Origin: a virus
Lineage: Duplodnaviria > Caudoviricetes
Virus record (IMG/VR): IMGVR_UViG_2870609773_000001
Coordinates: 1 to 64,000 of that record
DNA length: 64,000 nucleotides
Strand: one strand, 5' to 3'
Within the stretch, counting starts at the first letter, position 1; each line of letters begins with the position of its first letter. The position numbers were made by a program, and so were the translations under genes. Positions 44,455-53,092 of the stretch are shown one piece after another. The notes beneath the pieces were generated by a model, which saw nothing but the letters and a program-made list of their open reading frames with translations, searched no databases and was not told the DNA's origin.

Positions 44455-44679
44455 TCAGACCTCCTCGTCAGCGTTGGAGACGAACGCGTCGCCGCCCACC
44501 GCCATGCCTTCGGGGCGGGCTTCGGCTCGGGCGGCCCGCAGGCCCTCAGCCGCTTCACGGATCGCGTCCGGGTCACCGGACTGCTTGGCGTCGAGTAGGC
44601 GGGTTTCCAGGTCGGCCAGCGCGTCCAGAGCGTCAGCCTGTGCTCGTAGATCAGCAGCGCGGTCAGCGCTCGTGGACAT
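44455..44679 (-). CDS. small helical protein (resembles 20552-20833)
   Basis: GGAGGAGA RBS; motif similarity and the same relative position. Confidence 0.7.
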   Translation of the reverse strand: MSTSADRAADLRAQADALDALADLETRLLDAKQSGDPDAIREAAEGLRAARAEARPEGMAVGGDAFVSNADEEV

Positions 44680-44789
44680 GGCGGGATCTCCTCCGGACAT
44701 GCGGAAGGCCCGCCCGGTGGCAGGCCCTGAGTGGTTACGGTCCAGACACTTCGCTATCCACCTGGCGACTCCGCAGAGATGCTCAAGAC

Positions 44790-45377
44790 ATGGCGGACTG
44801 GGCGAAGCTGATTGAGGCAATCGCGGGGCTAGTCGGCGCAGTGGCATGGCCTGTCGCGGTAGTACTCGCGGTGTGGCTGATCATGCGAAGGCATCGGACA
44901 GCCTTTGAACGCTTGATCGACCGCGTGAAGTCCGTCAGCTACCCGGGAGGGCAGATCGACTTGGATGCGATCGAGAGCCGCCAGGCTGCTCACGTAGAAA
45001 CGCTGGTCGAGCAAGTCCTGGACCCAGACGCGAAGCGTGAGGACATTCAGCAGATAGCGCGTCAACTCGCCGAAGACGCCGAACATCTTGGCCGTGTACG
45101 GCAAGCGAAGGTCGACAACCTTGAGGCAGAGGCCATGAGCAGACTGATCGACGCCATGGCAGAGACGCCTTCGGCCGTGATGCGCGCGGGTCGCCTACTC
45201 GTCGTCAAGGAAGGAGGCCAGACCGCAGTAAGGCATCTCACGCCCGGCGAGGCGGCCTTCTTCGATCGCCATCCAGAGCTGCACAGAAGGCCCGCCGACA
45301 TCATGGCCTTACTCGCCCTCGGACAGTTCGAAGCGGGCAGCGAACCAGGCGAGGAAAACCCGCAAGAGGACGCCTAG
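44790..45377 (+). CDS. N-terminally membrane-anchored moron, opposite strand
   Basis: AVAWPVAVVLAVWLI TM followed by a helical soluble domain. Confidence 0.7.
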   Translation: MADWAKLIEAIAGLVGAVAWPVAVVLAVWLIMRRHRTAFERLIDRVKSVSYPGGQIDLDAIESRQAAHVETLVEQVLDPDAKREDIQQIARQLAEDAEHLGRVRQAKVDNLEAEAMSRLIDAMAETPSAVMRAGRLLVVKEGGQTAVRHLTPGEAAFFDRHPELHRRPADIMALLALGQFEAGSEPGEENPQEDA

Positions 45378-45601
45378 GTTCGGCTGCGCGGCACCTTGCT
45401 GTAGTCGACGCCTTTGATCGGTTCCACCTCGTACGCCTGCATCCACGACTCCTCAGGCTTCAGGCCGCCCCGATAGCCGGGCACTTCCAGCGTGTACGCC
45501 ACGAGCGCTTCCCACTGGCCCGTCTTGGTCTGCCTCCACTGGAGCAGCAGCCCGGCCTTTGCCGGGTGGTTCGGGAGGCGTACCGAGGGAGGGTCTTGCA
45601 T
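45374..45601 (-). CDS. small hypothetical protein, possibly SOS-regulated
   Basis: LexA-box-like site 22 bp upstream. Confidence 0.6.
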   Translation of the reverse strand: MQDPPSVRLPNHPAKAGLLLQWRQTKTGQWEALVAYTLEVPGYRGGLKPEESWMQAYEVEPIKGVDYSKVPRSRT

Positions 45602-45622
45602 GGTCCGACCCTACCCGCGAGG

Positions 45623-45638
45623 TCGAACGGTTATTCGA
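45623..45638. promoter_or_regulatory. putative actinobacterial LexA (SOS) box
   Basis: TCGAAC-GGTT-ATTCGA versus consensus TCGAAC-N4-GTTCGA (one mismatch). Confidence 0.55.
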
Positions 45639-46047
45639 GTGCATCCAGGTCATCCAATGGGACGAACTCAGCGCGAGGCGTCACGCCGAAGGCTCTCGTC
45701 AACGCAGCGCTCAGCTTCACTCTCTGCTCGGGAGCGATGAGATTGGTGATGTTCAGACCTTCGCGGACGGTGCCGTCGTGATCGCGGAACATGACGCGGG
45801 TCAGGTCGTCGGGTGAGCCTCGGAGCGTGAACGACACGTCCGTGGTCGGCGGTTCCAGGACCGGGATGTCCCGCACGAACGACACGGTCACCTCGTTGAG
45901 GCGCGCCCGGTCGTCCACGAAGTGGCCGCAGTCGAACCGCCTCCACGAGGGCATCGACAGGTCGAGGTTCTTTTCCATCGCGACCAGACGCCCGTCAGGG
46001 CACTCGGGACAACGGCGCTCGGGGAGGTCGCGGAGGTCATCGGGCAT
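45631..46047 (-). CDS. Zn-ribbon-containing hypothetical protein
   Basis: GGAGGAG RBS; CPEC...CGH. Confidence 0.6.
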   Translation of the reverse strand: MPDDLRDLPERRCPECPDGRLVAMEKNLDLSMPSWRRFDCGHFVDDRARLNEVTVSFVRDIPVLEPPTTDVSFTLRGSPDDLTRVMFRDHDGTVREGLNITNLIAPEQRVKLSAALTRAFGVTPRAEFVPLDDLDALE

Positions 46048-46325
46048 ACCGCTCCTCCACTCGCGTGGCCGCCCACAGAAGCACATCGCCTTCGATCGCC
46101 CGCCGCTGCCGATCGCTCTCGCTGAGCGTGTGGCTCTTGCTCTCCTCGCGGGCATGATGCCCTTCGGCGCGGAGTTCGAGGACGATCTCTTCCGCAACCC
46201 GTGCACGGAGGGTCGCCATCTCTTTCGTCTCGTACCGCCATGACGGCGTAGAGGACTTTGGTCACAGAGAGAGGGCCGCTCTCCCGGATCGCTGCGGCAT
46301 ACCGCTGGCGGAGGTTATCGGCCAT
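46037..46325 (-). pseudogene. hypothetical gene apparently split by a 1-nt frameshift at 46223-46225
   Basis: Removing one A from GACGAAAGAGATG joins MADNLRQRY...AVMAVRDE to EMATLRARVAEE... Confidence 0.5.
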
Positions 46326-46441
46326 GAGGGGTCTCCGAGGGGTAAGGGGTTGATGTCCGGGCGGGCGCGTGTCCCAAGCGAAGGCGCGCGGCTTGTCTGG
46401 TGAGAGAGGTTGCCTACCCGCCCGCCCGGAGGTTTACGGGG

Positions 46442-46606
46442 TCAGATCAGCCGGTAGTCAGGCGGCCCGCTCCCGTCGCAGAGGAGACAGGCTTGGGTCC
46501 TGTCCCCGTCAAGGAACCGCTTGAAGATCGGCAGGCCCTCCCCCTCGAACGTGCGCCCCTGCTCTGCGCAGAGACGGCACGGCTCGATGAGAGGTTGGAT
46601 GGTCAC
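46442..46606 (-). CDS. small double-CxxC protein
   Basis: CRLC...CLLC; GTGA overlap. Confidence 0.55.
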   Translation of the reverse strand: MTIQPLIEPCRLCAEQGRTFEGEGLPIFKRFLDGDRTQACLLCDGSGPPDYRLI

Positions 46607-46953
46607 AGGCGGACCCACTGCTGGTGCTCGCGGCTCCACACCAGTTCGCGATTCCCAGCGGCGATGAGCAGCCTGTTCAGGTCGTGCCTCGCCTCAGGAT
46701 GATCAGGATCGCATCGCACCCAGCCGCCCTCGCCGGGCCGCCAGATGCACCACCAGCCCTCACGTTCGCACTCGACCTCGCCAGGCCAGCGGCCCGTCCA
46801 GATCGAAAACACCTCAGCGAACTCGTGCTCGCGGCACTGAAGTTGCTGGATACCGCAGACGGGGCAGCATGCCACATCGCAGCCCAACTCGTGAGGAGTG
46901 CCGGGCTCAACCTGGCAGTCCGGGCAGTGGATGGCCGTGGCGGTGGAGGTCAT
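46603..46953 (-). CDS. Cys-rich hypothetical protein
   Basis: CPDC...CDVACCPVCG; ATGA overlap. Confidence 0.7.
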   Translation of the reverse strand: MTSTATAIHCPDCQVEPGTPHELGCDVACCPVCGIQQLQCREHEFAEVFSIWTGRWPGEVECEREGWWCIWRPGEGGWVRCDPDHPEARHDLNRLLIAAGNRELVWSREHQQWVRL

Positions 46954-47189
46954 GAACGGATCGCCTCCCGGTCCGTCAGCGGGGTACGGGTGATGACTCG
47001 CCACCCGAACCGCTTGTAGGTAGACCGGATCAGCATCTCCCCGAACGCGGCGTCAGCCCGTTCGCCCGCTGGCGACTTCCCCGGCTCGTCAACGAACGTC
47101 CGAGCGTAGTCGGGGCGGTCGAGGCGGTGGTCCTCTTCGGTGCGGTAGGCGGACACCTTGTATCCGGCTGGGCTCTGATCGGCGGTCAT
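46950..47189 (-). CDS. hypothetical protein
   Basis: ATGA overlap with the antirepressor stop. Confidence 0.6.
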   Translation of the reverse strand: MTADQSPAGYKVSAYRTEEDHRLDRPDYARTFVDEPGKSPAGERADAAFGEMLIRSTYKRFGWRVITRTPLTDREAIRS

Positions 47190-48118
47190 GGGCGGATCAC
47201 CTTGGGGTCTGCCGGGACGAGCGTCCCCTTGATGACGTCGAGGTCGAGGGTGCCGTGCTCGCCGATCGCGGCATAGATGCGCTTCCAGGCGTACTGCTCG
47301 CCCTTGGAGGTCAGCTTGCCGTACTTGACCTTGATGACGGTGCCGTCCGGCATCTCGACCTTCTTCGTCGAGTTCTTCGCCTTGCCGTCCTTGATCGCCT
47401 CGGCCGTCGCCTGGTCGTGCTCGCTCCCGGCGACGCGGATGATGAGCCCGATGTGCCCCAGGAAGTCGAACACCTGGCTCTGGAGCACCTTGATGCCGCG
47501 CTCCGTCGCCCACTGCTGGACGTCGCGAGCGAACGCGCGCTTCGGCGTCAGCCCATCGGCGGCAGCGTAGGTCTCAGCCTGAGCTGCGGCGGGCTCCAGT
47601 TCGGCATTGCGGGTCTCCGCGACGACGGCGCGAGCCTCCGCCTGATCGGCCCGGTCAGACTCAGCGAGGATCATCAGAGCCAGGTCGCGGTTGCTGACCT
47701 TCTTGATGTCGAAGCGCCCGTTCTTGCGCAGCGACGGCAGCAAATCATGAGTGACCCAGCGGCGGAACGCCTTTGCTGCCGGGAGGTGACTCCGGAGGAC
47801 GAGCGTGTACAGCCCCGACTCGTTGATCAGCGTGACCGACTGAATGCGCGGGTCCGAGAAGAGGTCAGGGAAGCTTAGGGCTTCTGAGCTGGCACGATCG
47901 ATCGTGCGCTTCTCGTCGTCGTCGAGGCCCTTCACTGCCATCGTCACGTTGGAGTGCTTGAGGATGGCGCAGGCGTCCGGCGCGACGAACCACGGCTCAT
48001 CGTCGATCATCGCGGCTCGGACCTGCTGCCCAGTGAACGGGAACTCAAAGGGCACCAACGCCCCTGAGGTGGGGACCTCGCTGTGTCCCCGCTGGTCGAA
48101 CAAGCTACCGTTGTCCAT
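47186..48118 (-). CDS. BRO-N domain antirepressor with ANT/KilAC-like C-terminus
   Basis: EPWFVAPDAC, INESGLYTLVLRSHLPAAKAFRRWVTHDLLPSLRKNG; C-terminal LTSKGEQY. Confidence 0.9.
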   Translation of the reverse strand: MDNGSLFDQRGHSEVPTSGALVPFEFPFTGQQVRAAMIDDEPWFVAPDACAILKHSNVTMAVKGLDDDEKRTIDRASSEALSFPDLFSDPRIQSVTLINESGLYTLVLRSHLPAAKAFRRWVTHDLLPSLRKNGRFDIKKVSNRDLALMILAESDRADQAEARAVVAETRNAELEPAAAQAETYAAADGLTPKRAFARDVQQWATERGIKVLQSQVFDFLGHIGLIIRVAGSEHDQATAEAIKDGKAKNSTKKVEMPDGTVIKVKYGKLTSKGEQYAWKRIYAAIGEHGTLDLDVIKGTLVPADPKVIRP

Positions 48119-48345
48119 GGTCGATCTCCTGGTTACGCAGGCGGTCGGCAAGCCCCGGCGGTCGTCGCAACACGACCGTTCGGGGCGCTCTCATTTTGAG
48201 AGCCCGAATTACTTGAATTCTACTATTCGATCTATCTAAGCGCCGGAATGAACGCATTTGCGATGATCGAATTAGTGGGCGTTTTGGCAGGTTAAACAGC
48301 GTGACGAACGCCACACTGAATTAGCCCCTTTTCTGGAGGATGCGT

Positions 48346-48609
48346 TTATTGCGGCGGCTCGGGACGGGCGTGCTCGACGCTCCCGAATATCCGCATGCAC
48401 TGGCATCCGTCCACCGGACCCCACGACGGGCAGACGGACGTCACGCCCGCCTTCTCACACCCGCACGGCTCGTTCCAGAACGGGCCAACGCACCCGCACC
48501 GATCGTCGTTGTGCCATGCGTTCACCAGGCGAAGACACTTGTCGCACGCCAGGAACGGGTTCGCGAATGTGACGTAGACGTGGGTTCTCGTGCACGTTGC
48601 GGTCAGCAT
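48346..48609 (-). CDS. Cys-rich hypothetical protein
   Basis: Multiple Cys pairs; TGATG coupling. Confidence 0.65.
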   Translation of the reverse strand: MLTATCTRTHVYVTFANPFLACDKCLRLVNAWHNDDRCGCVGPFWNEPCGCEKAGVTSVCPSWGPVDGCQCMRIFGSVEHARPEPPQ

Positions 48610-48917
48610 CAGTGATCCCCCTCGTTGCGTGATCGCCACTCCACGATTCGACCAGCCCCAGGGTTGGGCGTCACCACATGCTCGAACTTCGCGCGCTTCA
48701 GTTCGGCCCTCGCCGCGTCTCTCTCCCGTACGAACCACAGCGCCAAGTACCACGTCGCCACCTGAAGCAGCGTCGTCCCGGACAAGGCGGGCCACTCCTC
48801 GGGAGCGAACACCCGGTACAGCCATGCGGCCAACTCCAGCGGGATCATCACCTTCAGGAAGCCCGCCGCCTCGCTACTGGCAGGGTCGGCGTACACCCGC
48901 CAGGCTCGGCGGATCAC
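48609..48917 (-). CDS. putative membrane protein
   Basis: GTGA coupling; two hydrophobic stretches. Confidence 0.55.
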   Translation of the reverse strand: MIRRAWRVYADPASSEAAGFLKVMIPLELAAWLYRVFAPEEWPALSGTTLLQVATWYLALWFVRERDAARAELKRAKFEHVVTPNPGAGRIVEWRSRNEGDH

Positions 48918-49363
48918 TCGCCCCACTCCGGCTTGAACCCTGGACGGTGGCGGTAGCCGACCACGAGCATGTCTATCGCTTCCCGCATGCCCCACCAGAA
49001 GTCCGGCGTCGTCCCCGGCTCGTCCGGTCCTTCGCACCGGGCGATCAGCGCCAGTTCGGCTTCGCACCGGGCGATCGTGTCCCTGGGCTGCTGAAGCACG
49101 ATGTGGTCTGCGGCTTCCCGCTCCCACACTCCGCCACCGTCGTCGTAGTTGAGGGTGGCGACCCTGAGCAGGACGGGCACCTCGCCCTCCAGCTCGTAGT
49201 TCCACTCGGTCTCACCCGTGGGAGCGCCGTGGACCTGCCAGGCGTCGCCGTCGCCGTCCTGTCCGGTGTTCACCCACGGGCCGGGCGCGACCTCGTCGGC
49301 AGCCTTCGCAACTTCGAGTTCGGCATTGATCGTGGCTCTGAGCCACGAGAGCAGTTCGGTCAC
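48914..49363 (-). CDS. DUF6221-like protein
   Basis: ADHIVLQQPRDTIARCEAELAL...YRHRPGFKPEW pattern. Confidence 0.75.
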   Translation of the reverse strand: MTELLSWLRATINAELEVAKAADEVAPGPWVNTGQDGDGDAWQVHGAPTGETEWNYELEGEVPVLLRVATLNYDDGGGVWEREAADHIVLQQPRDTIARCEAELALIARCEGPDEPGTTPDFWWGMREAIDMLVVGYRHRPGFKPEWGE

Positions 49364-49677
49364 CAGCGCCACTGGTCCTTGTCACGCAGCCGCTCGAAGG
49401 CTGCCCGAAACGCTGCGCCGATCTTTGCGGCGTCGGGATCCTTGATCGTCATGTCCGAGATGTTGACCACCGGCGCAGGCTGCAGCTCAGCGTCCCGGTC
49501 CACGATCTCCACCGTCTGCGAAACGATGAGGTGCGTTCGTGAGCCGCACTGCTTCGCGAACTCGTACAGCAACTCCTTGTTGACGCCCTCTTCGGCCTGG
49601 TCGAAGACCAGCGCGAACGGCTCTTCCAAGTCGTCGCCGACCATCACGGCGGGGAGAGGAAGGATCTGGATACGCAT
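49360..49677 (-). CDS. hypothetical protein
   Basis: MRIQILPLP...PFALVFDQ; coupled to neighbours. Confidence 0.7.
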   Translation of the reverse strand: MRIQILPLPAVMVGDDLEEPFALVFDQAEEGVNKELLYEFAKQCGSRTHLIVSQTVEIVDRDAELQPAPVVNISDMTIKDPDAAKIGAAFRAAFERLRDKDQWRW

Positions 49678-50042
49678 CAGGCGTCCGCCTCATCCACGCG
49701 CGCCCACACGTTGTCGCACGCCTCATGGACGGCCCGCCACAACTCCTGCTGGCGCTCGCTCATCCTGTTGTGCCCTGGAAGTGCCGCTTCGGCCCACCCG
49801 TCGCGCATGAGTTCGACGGCTTCCACGAGGGCGCGCACCTCGATGGGCAGTGCGTCCAGCGCAGTCAGCTCGCCGCGCGCAGGATGCCGGAACAGGACGA
49901 GACTGCCTCCGGCTGCGAAGGTTTCGATCTGCTGGCGAAGCTCCTGGATTTGCGCGTCGTAGGCGATGGTGCAGTGGTCGTTGGACTCCATCGAGTCGAG
50001 GAGCGCCTTGACGTCGTCAGGGTTGAGGCTGAGGTACTTCAT
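49677..50042 (-). CDS. hypothetical protein
   Basis: TGATG coupling. Confidence 0.6.
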   Translation of the reverse strand: MKYLSLNPDDVKALLDSMESNDHCTIAYDAQIQELRQQIETFAAGGSLVLFRHPARGELTALDALPIEVRALVEAVELMRDGWAEAALPGHNRMSERQQELWRAVHEACDNVWARVDEADA

Positions 50043-50338
50043 CAGCGCGTCCCCCACGTCATCGAGGGAACCGGCTCGTACGTCTCGGCGAACACGTCCT
50101 CAGCGACCGGGTGGAACTTGCCCTTGGCGTCCCTGACGATCCACTGCCCGTCGTACACCTCCACCCACGTGCCGTGCACCGGGTGACGGACAGCGGCGGT
50201 CTGCTCGGGGTCGTCTCCCCGGTCCTCCGGATCTACGGCCTCAAAGTCGCTGCCCGCGAAGGCGACCAGCTCGGCCTCGTTGCTCCCCGTCCACTGGACG
50301 GCGGTGACCTCTACGGGCTTCTTCCTGAAGCGGCGCAT
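50042..50338 (-). CDS. conserved phage protein (RKKPVEVTAVQW family)
   Basis: FRKKPVEVTAVQW...GQWIVRD...FAETYEPV. Confidence 0.8.
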   Translation of the reverse strand: MRRFRKKPVEVTAVQWTGSNEAELVAFAGSDFEAVDPEDRGDDPEQTAAVRHPVHGTWVEVYDGQWIVRDAKGKFHPVAEDVFAETYEPVPSMTWGTR

Positions 50339-50589
50339 CACGGGTGCGCCAGGTGCCAGGTACCGCCACGGCACTCGTCCTGATCCTGGTGCACACCCCG
50401 GTTGAAGAACATGCCCTCGGGGTTAAGCACCGCGAGATTCACGTGGCCAACCCAGTGATCCTCGGTGGGTCCGTGCTGGTAGGTGTCCACATCGGTCACG
50501 ATGGCGGCCCGGCAGACGCTCGGGTACTCGCCTCCGGGTGTGCCGTACGACTGGTAGTGAACGATCTGCCCGATGTAGGGCTTCTTCAT
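50338..50589 (-). CDS. conserved phage protein (IGQIVHY...AAIVT family)
   Basis: GGAGATCGCC-ATG start; motif pattern. Confidence 0.8.
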   Translation of the reverse strand: MKKPYIGQIVHYQSYGTPGGEYPSVCRAAIVTDVDTYQHGPTEDHWVGHVNLAVLNPEGMFFNRGVHQDQDECRGGTWHLAHP

Positions 50590-50824
50590 GGCGATCTCCA
50601 CGGAGGGTTGTAGGGGGTCTTTGTGGTGCGGCCCGGCCAAGACCCCCCAGCCAGGCGGGGCCGCACGTTCGAGGGGGTGGGTGGTCCTGGCCCTTGCTTC
50701 CCTCGCCAGAGGACAAGGGCCAGGACACCTGGGTGGAGGCTCAACGCAGGACCATCGGGGCAAGTCCAGCGGAACCCGCGCGTCGCCCCTGGGGCACGCG
50801 CGCTCTTGGGGAATCTAAGGCTGT

Positions 50825-51070
50825 CTAGGCTGCGCGGTGGACGCGCTTGTCGCTGCCCGACGTGCGGACCGCAGCCTCATACGCGAGACGATCCGCCTCA
50901 TCCACATCCGCGACCTTGAACAGGCGCCGGCGAGGCGGACAGCCAGGGATCGGGGCGAGGTAGCCGATCCGCACCCACCGATCCACCGTCGCCGGCTTGA
51001 CGCCCTTCAGTACGGCAGCCTGCTGGCGGGTCACGCACGGTTCGCCGTCCGGGTCGTAGTGGAAGCGCAT
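50825..51070 (-). CDS. MerR-like HTH DNA-binding protein
   Basis: VTRQQAAVLKGVKPATVDRWVRIG. Confidence 0.7.
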   Translation of the reverse strand: MRFHYDPDGEPCVTRQQAAVLKGVKPATVDRWVRIGYLAPIPGCPPRRRLFKVADVDEADRLAYEAAVRTSGSDKRVHRAA

Positions 51071-51147
51071 CCGGGGCACCCCCAGACACGCGAAAGCCCC
51101 GGCGCTGAAAGCGTTCCGGGGCATAGATCGTCCGCTGTTTCCCAACG

Positions 51148-51348
51148 TTAGACCGCTCGCGATGGACTTGTCCAATTCTCGTCAGACGACTCGCCGCACA
51201 ACTGTTCACACAGGCGCTTGCGCTGCTGCGGCGTGAGCCGGACAGGCCACACCGCAGGCAGCAGCAGCACATCCCCGTTGGGCATGCGGACAACGTCGAG
51301 AGGAGAGTCAGGGGAGGCGTTCACAGTGGGGTCATCTTCCCACGTCAC
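51148..51348 (-). CDS. small hypothetical protein
   Basis: GTGA overlap. Confidence 0.45.
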   Translation of the reverse strand: MTWEDDPTVNASPDSPLDVVRMPNGDVLLLPAVWPVRLTPQQRKRLCEQLCGESSDENWTSPSRAV

Positions 51349-52130
51349 GATGCCTTGCGCGTCTTGCGAACCTCTTCTGCCATCTCCTGGTACTCCGACC
51401 ATTTCAAGACCCGTTCGCACGTTCGGCGGCGGCACGTCACCTTGTCCTCGCCGACCTTCCGTTCCAGCGTGAGGCCCTTGCATTCGGGGCAGCGCGCCGC
51501 CCGGAGAGGTTCGACGACGACGTCTGACGGGTCGTAGCGGACGAGCCTGCCGTACCAGCGGGCGATCTCCTCGCCGAACAACAGCGCCAGGTCGGCGTGT
51601 CCGAGGATGCGTTCGGCGCGGGCGACCAGCCACGAGGCGCCCAGCGTGATCGAGTCCGCGAGCATGCCCTGCCTAGCCATCGTCTCCGCTCCGAGATAGG
51701 ACGCCTTCCAATCCCGGAGCCAGCCGTCCAGCTCGTCGATGTCGTCGATCGTCGGCGACAGCGACGGCGGCTCGCTGCCCTTGCTCGACACCTTCGCCTG
51801 GTCGGTCTGGCCGCGGAACCCGTCCGCTTCCCGCAGGTACACGCACGCGGCGCCATCGAGTTTGGACAGCTTCGACTTGAGGCCGTACATGCAGTCCGGG
51901 CAGTAGACCGGCTCCCCCTCCACCCGGTACGGCAGGCGCGGCTCGTCGGGTTCGGCGGGCTCTTCGGGCCACACGAGCGGGGCGTGCCAGGCCGCGGCGT
52001 CCGATCGCCACTGTTGGTGGTCGGCCCGGTAGACGACGTAGGCGGCTTCGTAGGTGCGGACCTTGCGCCGGTAGCCGTTCATGCATGCGCCGGCACACAG
52101 GCGTTCGAGGTCGTAGGTGCGCTGGGACAT
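51345..52130 (-). CDS. Zn-finger protein, candidate late-gene regulator
   Basis: YCPDC, C-terminal CPEC...CRRRTC; position at the end of the early region. Confidence 0.6.
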   Translation of the reverse strand: MSQRTYDLERLCAGACMNGYRRKVRTYEAAYVVYRADHQQWRSDAAAWHAPLVWPEEPAEPDEPRLPYRVEGEPVYCPDCMYGLKSKLSKLDGAACVYLREADGFRGQTDQAKVSSKGSEPPSLSPTIDDIDELDGWLRDWKASYLGAETMARQGMLADSITLGASWLVARAERILGHADLALLFGEEIARWYGRLVRYDPSDVVVEPLRAARCPECKGLTLERKVGEDKVTCRRRTCERVLKWSEYQEMAEEVRKTRKAS

Positions 52131-52293
52131 TTCGGCCTCCCCCGAATGTACGCTTGCGGGTAGGCCACTGGTGGTGACGGTGGTGGGCGAGGGATTTCGT
52201 AGTGGGGTCGAGGCGGTCTCCTGTTCGTGGCAGGAGGCCGCTTTCGCGTTCAAGGTCAAATATGCCACGTTTCTGCAGGTGGCATCTCCCTGG

Positions 52294-52593
52294 TCAGTTT
52301 CCAGACTGGTGCTTGCCGCGGAGCCGCGTCCAACCCCACAGGCAGCCCCACGCGGCGAGGGCGCCCAATGTGAGAGCCACAGCCGCGGTCCGCATCCCGA
52401 TCGTCCAGAGGAAGGCGAAGACGGCGACGGCGCCGGCGATGCGTGCCGCCGTCTCGAGCCATCCAAGCCAGCGTCTCCAGCCCGGCGCGGCGACGGCAGC
52501 GGCTGGCAGGGGTTCCCACAGCGTGCCGCAGTCGGGGCAGCGCCATGGATCGGTGTTGTGGGTGTCGGGGCGGACACACTGGTGGCCGGTCAA
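52294..52593 (-). CDS. Zn-ribbon plus membrane hypothetical protein
   Basis: WRCPDCG followed by a hydrophobic C-terminus; TTG start. Confidence 0.5.
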   Translation of the reverse strand: MTGHQCVRPDTHNTDPWRCPDCGTLWEPLPAAAVAAPGWRRWLGWLETAARIAGAVAVFAFLWTIGMRTAAVALTLGALAAWGCLWGWTRLRGKHQSGN

Positions 52594-52619
52594 GGCGTCG
52601 TCCTTCCAGCCGCCGATCT

Positions 52620-52859
52620 CTACTGCAGCGCCCCTCTGATGTCGCAGCGGTAGAGGCACTTCCAGCGGCCGATGATGTACTTCGGAGTGCGGTCCCCCAG
52701 ATCCGGCGTGCTGATCCTGCTCACGTCGATAGTGGTGCCGCAGACCGGGCAGGCCGGCCACTCCTGGGCGTTCCACTCCTGGTCAGTGAAGGTGGTGGTG
52801 CCCCGGTCCTCCTCAGGGTCGAGGTTGAGCGTCTCGGGGTTGATGTGCCACCGCGTCAT
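52620..52859 (-). CDS. small Zn-finger protein
   Basis: CPVCG...C...C; ATGA overlap. Confidence 0.65.
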   Translation of the reverse strand: MTRWHINPETLNLDPEEDRGTTTFTDQEWNAQEWPACPVCGTTIDVSRISTPDLGDRTPKYIIGRWKCLYRCDIRGALQ

Positions 52860-53092
52860 GCCGTCTCCTCCAGCAGGTCCGTCTGGCCGTCAACGTCCCA
52901 TCCTGTCGGGACACCTGTGATGCGTACAGGCTTGCGGGAGACGATGCCGAGCGCCTTCCTGCAGTCCGGGCCTATCCCGTAGGCGAGGGACACAGGGTCT
53001 TGGAGCTTGTGGCGGCAGCAGCGGCAGCGGCCTACCGTGGGCGTCTCCCCCGCGGCTGGAGTGTCCGGCTCGTCGAGGTCCAGGAGGTTCAC
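52856..53092 (-). CDS. DUF6011-like protein
   Basis: CRCCRHKLQDPVSLAYGIGPDC. Confidence 0.75.
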   Translation of the reverse strand: MNLLDLDEPDTPAAGETPTVGRCRCCRHKLQDPVSLAYGIGPDCRKALGIVSRKPVRITGVPTGWDVDGQTDLLEETA

